A stretch of 64,000 nt of DNA from Neodothiora populina. Lineage: Eukaryota. Under the pieces are notes generated by a model that worked only from the letters and a program-made list of their open reading frames with translations, did not search any database and was not told the origin of the DNA. The translations under genes were made by a program, and so were the position numbers. The DNA is taken from NCBI RefSeq assembly GCF_041146345.1, contig NW_027191404.1, positions 2,418,001-2,482,000 on the forward strand, in the 5' to 3' direction. Positions within the stretch are counted from its first letter, which is position 1. The number at the start of each line of letters is the position of its first letter. This document shows, in pieces, positions 57,154-64,000 of the stretch.

Positions 57154-59128
57154 ATGATAACATCAAGACTGCATATCTGTCTTGCTCTGCTACACCGTCT
57201 AGCTGGTGCTGCGCAGCCCTCAGCCCCCGAGCCTATCTCCGCGCCACTGCGAGAGTTGCCTTGGGGTCAATTGAACTTCTTACATACTACTGACACTCAC
57301 GGTTGGCACAGTGGGCATTTACAAGAGTATGTATGATCGTCCCATGTCATCGGCATCCTCCTGTTGATGAAAGATCAGACCCCAGTATTCGGCAGATTGG
57401 GGTGACTACGTCTCTTTCGCGCACCATCTCGGTCAGAAAGCAGACAAGGACGGAAGTGATCTCTTGCTTGTTGACACTGGCGATCGAGTCGAAGGCAATG
57501 GCTTGTACGATGCCTCCAATCCGAAAGGAAAGTACACCTTTGATATTTTCAAGGGCCAACATATAGACATCATCACTCCCGGCAACCATGAACTATACCA
57601 GAGAAACTCGTCCAACAACGAGTACTACGAGAACGTACCCAACTTCAAGGACGGCTACATTGCGTCCAATTTGGACATTTACAACCCACAGACCGGGAAG
57701 CTCGAAGCATTGGCTCCTCGTTACCGCAGATTGACCACCAAGAACCAGGGTGTCCGTATCTGTGCCTTTGGTTTTCTCTTTGACTTCCAGGGCAATGCGA
57801 ACAACACTGTTGTGCAACCTGTCGAAGACACCGTCAAGGAGAAGTGGTTCCAGAATGCCATACGTGAAAAGGACATTGATCTTTTCGTCGTGGCAGGCCA
57901 TGTCCCTGTGAGAGACTCGCCGGAGTTTGACGCTGTCTACAAGGCTATCCGAAGTGAAAACTGGGATACACCGATCCAGTTCTTTGGTGGACATACTCAT
58001 ATTCGTGACTATCACAAGTGGGACAAGGCTGCCTATGGAATTGAGAGTGGACGGTACATGGAATCTATTGGGTTCATGTCTATTACAGGAGTCCATGCTG
58101 GCAAGAAGGACCAGGTCTCGCCATACAAAGCTCCCAAGTTCGAACGAAGATATATTGACAATAACCTGTATTCACTCTACCACCATACCGGACTCAACAG
58201 CACCACCTTTGCTACTGGTCAGGGTCGCAACGTATCTGCGACCATCTCAGCTGCTCGCAAGACATTGAACCTGGATAAAACATATGGATGTGCTCCTCGG
58301 GATTATTGGCTGAACCGTGCACCCTATCCTGCCAAAGACAGTATTCTAACGTTACTTGAGGAGTCCATTCTACCAGCTATAGGGAACAAATCGGCAAAGG
58401 GAGCGCCTACTCTCGTCCTGACCAATACCGGGGCCATGCGATTCGACATCTTCAAAGGGCCTTTCACAATCGACACTACTTTCCTGGTATCGCCTTTCAT
58501 CTCTGGCTTCAGGAAGATCAAGAACGTTCCGTATGGAGCAGCATCCAAGGTTTTGCAGCTGCTTAACAACGAAGGAAAAATCCTACTCGAAGACCTTCGT
58601 GTTTACGGAAAGCAACACAACGATCTCGGCGAGTTCAACCCGCGAGCTCTGCACAATCTTGCTCCTCCATATCCGCCTATCGGACCATTGACGGCAGCAG
58701 CGCCTCCAATGTACGAGAACCTAGACTACCGCGCCTTCGCAGGCGTGCAAAAGTTCCTCATGGAATCAGCAGACTCGAAACTGATCCCAGGGTACACCAC
58801 GACCGATGACGCAGGTGTAGACGGCGACGACACCATACATGCGCCGGTTCAGTTTTATGATGTACCCAACTGCATTCAGTCCGAGGTCAACTTCGACCAC
58901 ACGGCCTCGAGTGCGCCCGAGACAGTTGACATGATTTACAACGAGTTCGTCGAGAGGTGGGTGTTGTTGGCGCTGAGGTTTTTGGGCGTCACGTATACTG
59001 TCGAGGACACTAGTGTTACTTTTGATGGCAAGACGTTTACAGAGGTCATCAGTGACTGGGTACATGAGAATTGGGCATGTGATGGTCATGAAGATAGTGG
59101 TGATGATGATGAGAAGAAGAGGGGATAG
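57154..59128 (+). CDS. Secreted/vacuolar calcineurin-like metallophosphoesterase, 5'-nucleotidase type (yeast YHR202W-like), 640 aa, 2 exons (57154-57326, 57379-59128)
   Basis: Signal peptide and the motifs [40 protein letters not shown] and ESGRY. One 52-nt GT-AG intron keeps frame (1923 nt). Confidence 0.9.
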
Positions 59129-59512
59129 CGCGTCTAGTGTCTTTTTCCCCGTTGTCATAGTGCTCATAGATTGTAATGGTATCGACTATGCTGAAACATA
59201 TGGTAGAAACGCTTGATTGTAGCCAGAGTCTGATACGGCGTAGTGTATCCCTTATTGCACCCGTAACGAAAGTGAGCAGTTGTCGCAGGTAAAGAAGAGC
59301 AAGAAGGGTGACCCTAATGCCTCGAGATGGATCCTTCCATGCTCTCATGTCCTGTGATCTCGTCGCATGCATGTCTTCTCCAACAAGGCAGAAGCCTGCT
59401 CCATCCTCGACAAGCATGTGACTTCCCGTCCCCCTCTCTTTGACAAGAGGTAAAAGCTCCAGTGCATCTCCAAAAAAGAATCCTCGCCCCAATCGAACCC
59501 CCCCTCAACAAA

Positions 59513-60005
59513 TCAATTAAGCCAAAAGTTCTGACACCCGCCAGCGCCATAATTCCTACTAACGCCGCCCTGAACCCAGTGGTTGCACATGTCGTAGAAC
59601 TGCGCCCTATGTCCCATTAGTCCCACACAACCACATGATTAATCCCCCAAAACATGAGCACACGGAAGGAAAAAAAAACATACAAACACCAATTCTCCGG
59701 CACCCACTGCGCAGGAGCACACGCGGGTCCACGACGCGGGAACCACACGCCTCCGTTGCGGATCGCGATGAACGAGCCTTTCCCGTCCGAGAGTCCGTTG
59801 TTCGTGTATGCCGAGGGTGAGAACATGCGTTGGGCGGAGTTGAAGCAGAAGGTGTTTATCAGCGCGTATTTGCACGGGTGGAGGCGTTGGCATTGTTGGG
59901 CCGGGGTTGCGCTTGCGGATGCGAGGGGAAGGGGGTTGGGAGGAGGAGGAGGAAGAGGAGAGAGATGATAAGGGAGATGGGGAGAGCGGGCGTGGGGAGG
60001 TGCAT
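59513..60005 (-). pseudogene. Small secreted cysteine-rich protein gene (about 138 aa if repaired), 2 exons (60005-59684, 59606-59513), with a 1-nt frameshift near 59925-59940 (true pseudogene or sequence error)
   Basis: The signal peptide MHLPTPALPISLIISLLFLLLLP is in one frame. The mature region LASASATPAQQCQRLHPCKYALINTFC...ACAPAQWVPENWCL|AQFYDMCNHW...YGAGGCQNFWLN* is in another. One 77-nt intron (GTATGT...ACTAAT...TAG). The exon sum is 416 nt (3n+2). Confidence 0.75.
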
Positions 60006-61061
60006 TGTTGTTTTGGTTTTGTCTCTTGCTTGAGGCGTTGGGTTGGGCATGTATTGTATAGAAGTGGAAGTGATCGGTTCTTTTGTTTCATGACATAGAG
60101 AGAGGTATAGAATGTGGAAAAAGACGCAGGTCGGATATGGTTATATATCTTGCCTTCTTTCCATCGGTCTACCTGTCTGCTATCGAGTCCTGTATACGGC
60201 GACTGTCATATCGCCTCAAAGAAGTGATTATCCACACAAAAGTAACTCACCTGCCGATATGCTTATTGAGCACCAAATGCGTGACCATCTCTGCTTTCTC
60301 CATTTTCTTGTGGTATGGTATGGTACACTAGACGACCTGCAGACACAGGACCGACTGCTTGCGGATACTTCTTTCTGTCTCCCTTCCAGCTCGCAAGCAA
60401 GAAAGGTTCAAGGAACTGCACAAGTCCGTCTTCCAGGCAGTGGTCGAAAGTCGTTGTTGCGAGAAATTGCGTTTTGTCCGTGGACTCGAAGGGTTTCGAC
60501 ACACTTGCCAGATACACTTGCACAACCATCGACAGACCTTGTTGGACGAGATACTCTCCAATCTGTACCACCTCGTTAACAGCATTTAAGATCGAGGTAT
60601 CTTCTTTGTTGTGCTCATAGAAGTAGAAAACCACATGTCATGTGCCACGCGTGCTGCAGGTCACGGGGTCGCAGGGTTGCGTCCAAGTCGAATGGCAACA
60701 AGAAGTGGTTATTGATACCCAGGTTCAGCCATTTTCTTATTGTTGTCATTGACTCTAGTCCTTGGCGTTGGGCTTTGCTGAATACCTGCCTAGTCGAGTA
60801 TTGCCCCTTGCGTCTTGACGGAGAAAGGACGGAATCTTGCTTTAGTGCTCAAAGGGAACAGGGAAGTGCTAAATAGCGAGGGAGATAGAATTCGAGAATG
60901 TGCTGTACAGTACTCTGTATGAATCGTCAAAGAGAATGTCATGACTAGAACAAAATTGTCGATTCCTCAGGAAACCCCTGTGGTCCCCTCCGTACCCCAC
61001 GTCCTGTTACGCCTTTTTATCAAGACATGCCACATCCAAGTAAGCGCCCGTAAAACCCGAA

Positions 61062-63944
61062 TCAAACCTTCCCAGAAGCCTCGAGGTTACGACTGGAATA
61101 ACCCAAAGAAATCGTGTATTCGCCTTCCTCAGGCATAACCCACTGCTGCAGATAAACGTCCCAATAACTTAGATCCTTTCTCGTCAGTTCCATCGACACC
61201 TTGGCGCGTTTCTCGCTGTTTCCAGTCCCGACGTGGATCTTGTCGAATTGCCGAAGCACGCGCACTGGCATGTCTAGCGGTTGGCCCTGTGAGTCCTTCA
61301 TGTCTGGCGGGAAGGAGACATAACATTGCACCACGCAGTCCCCGGAGACTTTGCCGGTGTTTGTCAATGAGGCCTGCACAATCACCGCCGTTTCGTAGAG
61401 ATCGGGGTTTCCGCCTTGGCCACCTCCCGCAGGTGAAGGCAAGCGAGTCAGATCATACCCCTTGGGGTACGGGTAGCGGCCCTTCTTGATTTCTGATACC
61501 GAGTTGATATATGGATAGACGTATTTCTTGAGCTTTCGCATACCGGAAGGCCATAGTGCGTCTTTTGGATCGGGAAGGTTGTTGCTGAGTCGCAGTGCGA
61601 CGACTTCACTCGCGTGGGTTCTGGGAAGAGCTGTTCGAGTGGCGTTGACCGGATGAATGAAGAGACTGCTGAGATGGAAAGAGGTGTACGACAATCCAAA
61701 CCCGAACTCGTATCTGGGTGTGACGTTGTACTTGTCAAAGTAGCGGTAGTCAATATAGAGGCCCTCCGAGAAGTTCTGTTGTGGCACCACACCATTGGGA
61801 GTGTACAAGATAGAAGATGTTGGGCCGTAGTCCTCTTCCTTCTTTGCAATGGTGTATGGCAGCCTGCCTGAAGGGTTCACATCTCCGAAGATGACGTCCG
61901 CCAAAGCGTTGCCACTCTCCTGCCCGGGCAGATGAGCGATCAATACAGCCTTGACTCCTGGAATATCAATCCACTTCTCCAAGATAACTGGACCAACAGT
62001 GTGATACACAACAATGGTAGGCGCCTGGCCATCTCCACCGCATGTCGAGGCTACCGACTTGACCAAGTCATCACCTCCCTTTTGCGCGTAGAGGTTGTTT
62101 CTGTCTCCTTTGATTCCATTCCAGGAAACATAACCTTCGCCGGCGTCCGAGCTCAGGAACACTATACACATGTCCTGGTCCGCAGCCTCCTCGAACTTGT
62201 CGTTCGTGGGCACCTCTGTAAGCTCGACAGTGCTCTTGTTGAAGTTGTCGCGAAGAGCATCACCAGGTGCGACAAGATAAGGAAACTCGACGGCGCCAGA
62301 ACCCCATCCCATGGCCAATGTGCCTTTGTTGCATGCACGATCGCCGCACTCGTTAGGCCCGTTCGGGTTGTTGTATGCGTCCTCTCCGAAGATGCCAATC
62401 CTGATCTTTCGGTCACCGCCCGATTTCAGCGTGGCGTTGCGGGCAAGCGGTAGCACGGCATCGTCATTTTTAACAAGCACAATGCCTTGAGCAGCAACTT
62501 CTCGAGCGACGATGCTGTGTGCATCATCTCCCTCGCCTTGTACATTGACGAATTTGTTGACAACACCAGTAGTCTTGTCGTCACTGCCGGGATGGAGTTT
62601 GCCCACGCGCTCATCCGTCCACGAAGAAAAGTTAGGACCACCTCCGTCCTCAACATAAGGCCAGGCTGTCTTGTTGTCCTGACCCATCTGATACCAGGCG
62701 GCGACAATGCGCATGGTCATGTCGTTTAATCTGTCTAGTGGCAGACTCTCGTTGAGGACAGACTTGGTCAATTCGCCACCCCAAAGAGACACTCCATCTT
62801 CCCATTTCAGACCGTCGCCAGGCATAGACATGTCGAGTCCAGCAAGCGCACTGGCGACACCACTTCTCTGTGCCAGCCAATCACTCTGCATGAATCCCTG
62901 GAAGCCGAGCTCGTCCTTGAGGATGCCGTTGATGAGCTTGCTGTTTTGACAGGCATAGCTGTTGTTGACCTGGTTGTAGGAGCACATTACACTGCCGACT
63001 CCCGCCCTGATACTTTCGGCGAATGGCCAGGCGTACATCTCATGCAGAGTTCTATCATCGACGTTGCTGCTGATGGCGTTCGGCGTGCCCCACTCCCAAC
63101 TCTGGCGGAAGTGTTCCTGTTCATTTGCAATGAAATGTTTTGCGGTGGCGATGACGCCCTGATCTTGAATGCCTTTGATGGTTTGGGCAGCAGCAATACC
63201 TTGTAGCACGGGATCAGGGCCGAAACCCTCCCAATTCCTGCCGCCGGCTGGCAGGCGTCCAAATGCACCCATGCTAGGACCCAGGATAACATTGACACCT
63301 TTGCCGCGAGCTTCCAAAGCATGTGCTCGGCCCCTTCTGTACATCAGGTCTTTGTTCCACGTGGCGCCGACAGTGATGCCAGCAGGAAAAGCAGATATGT
63401 TGTCGGCGAACCTGATCCCAAGAGGCCCGTCCTGCAGGCAGAGACTAGGAAAGCCCAGTCTGTCGACTGGACCGGTATTGCCAACACATGGACCCATGCT
63501 CCACCCCGTGCCTGTAGTGACATTGACCTTTTCCACCAGGGTCATCTTGCGGACCAGTTCTGCGGCCTTTTTGTATGACTCTTCCCATGGCCTGACAGTT
63601 CCTCCAAGAGGAGAAGGATACCACGGCTCGCTCTGGCCATCGGTAGGCACAGACTTCTTGTAGACCCAGATACCGCCGGCGCTCAGCAACAAGAGCAAAG
63701 CGACGACAAAGAGACCGACCATGGAACAACACATGCGACTCGGGATCAACCATCTTTGCCACCCAGCGCGTCGTTTCGAAGGTCGCGGCTCGGCATAGAA
63801 GACAGACTTGGAAGGTTGGCTAGCATCGTCAGTGTAGGCTCGATCGCTGGCTTTGAGAGGGTCGAGCTCGTTGGTCGAGTCGATCGAGGACGAACGAGAC
63901 GACCTGGACAGCATCGACGAGGTCTGGTCGGCAGAGTCCACCAT
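61062..63944 (-). CDS. GH3 beta-glucosidase with an N-terminal cytoplasmic segment and membrane anchor (BglE-like), 960 aa, intronless
   Basis: Motifs LCLQDGPLGIR, GGRNWEGFGPDP, AKHFIANEQEHFR, VMCSYNQVN, nucleophile SDW, GWGSG, DAGEG, GQESGN, GLYIDYRYFD and a C-terminal FnIII-like domain. A hydrophobic helix at about aa 72-94 replaces a cleavable signal peptide. Confidence 0.95.
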   Translation of the reverse strand: MVDSADQTSSMLSRSSRSSSIDSTNELDPLKASDRAYTDDASQPSKSVFYAEPRPSKRRAGWQRWLIPSRMCCSMVGLFVVALLLLLSAGGIWVYKKSVPTDGQSEPWYPSPLGGTVRPWEESYKKAAELVRKMTLVEKVNVTTGTGWSMGPCVGNTGPVDRLGFPSLCLQDGPLGIRFADNISAFPAGITVGATWNKDLMYRRGRAHALEARGKGVNVILGPSMGAFGRLPAGGRNWEGFGPDPVLQGIAAAQTIKGIQDQGVIATAKHFIANEQEHFRQSWEWGTPNAISSNVDDRTLHEMYAWPFAESIRAGVGSVMCSYNQVNNSYACQNSKLINGILKDELGFQGFMQSDWLAQRSGVASALAGLDMSMPGDGLKWEDGVSLWGGELTKSVLNESLPLDRLNDMTMRIVAAWYQMGQDNKTAWPYVEDGGGPNFSSWTDERVGKLHPGSDDKTTGVVNKFVNVQGEGDDAHSIVAREVAAQGIVLVKNDDAVLPLARNATLKSGGDRKIRIGIFGEDAYNNPNGPNECGDRACNKGTLAMGWGSGAVEFPYLVAPGDALRDNFNKSTVELTEVPTNDKFEEAADQDMCIVFLSSDAGEGYVSWNGIKGDRNNLYAQKGGDDLVKSVASTCGGDGQAPTIVVYHTVGPVILEKWIDIPGVKAVLIAHLPGQESGNALADVIFGDVNPSGRLPYTIAKKEEDYGPTSSILYTPNGVVPQQNFSEGLYIDYRYFDKYNVTPRYEFGFGLSYTSFHLSSLFIHPVNATRTALPRTHASEVVALRLSNNLPDPKDALWPSGMRKLKKYVYPYINSVSEIKKGRYPYPKGYDLTRLPSPAGGGQGGNPDLYETAVIVQASLTNTGKVSGDCVVQCYVSFPPDMKDSQGQPLDMPVRVLRQFDKIHVGTGNSEKRAKVSMELTRKDLSYWDVYLQQWVMPEEGEYTISLGYSSRNLEASGKV

Positions 63945-64000
63945 GTTGTTCCTCGGTGATGGACTTTCTGACGAGGCTTTGGGATGGAGCTCGTAGCTGT

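Overview
Eukaryotic DNA from a filamentous ascomycete (Pezizomycotina), judged from short 50-160 nt GT-AG introns with CTRAC/CTRAY branch sites and fungal orthologue content. The window is gene-dense, mostly housekeeping DNA with about 23 protein genes and one intron-containing tRNA-Lys(UUU). Recognisable genes: eIF1A, signal peptide peptidase, Dnf1/2-type P4-ATPase flippase, an F-box-like/UBA protein, cryptochrome-DASH, a secreted fasciclin, profilin, Trf4/Cid14 poly(A) polymerase, a double-GFA protein, mitochondrial GatA, an RRM protein, a RING-H2 protein, Nic96, a VPS9/Muk1-like GEF, Atg15, an RNPS1-like protein, a 5'-nucleotidase-type metallophosphoesterase and a membrane-anchored GH3 beta-glucosidase. 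I found no CRISPR, rRNA or recognisable transposon. Most interesting: (1) a 195-aa protein with a presequence-like N-terminus and the motif order of bacterial RNase P protein RnpA (1732-2319); (2) a 393-aa orphan with DUF3990/ADP-ribosyltransferase-like motifs (31863-33044); (3) a two-exon cysteine-rich secreted protein gene missed by the ORF track and broken by a 1-nt frameshift just after its signal peptide (59513-60005); (4) a nested A/C-rich repeat array before an intronless RING-H2 gene with a (GAA)19 tract. All family assignments come from motif recognition by eye; no database searches were run.
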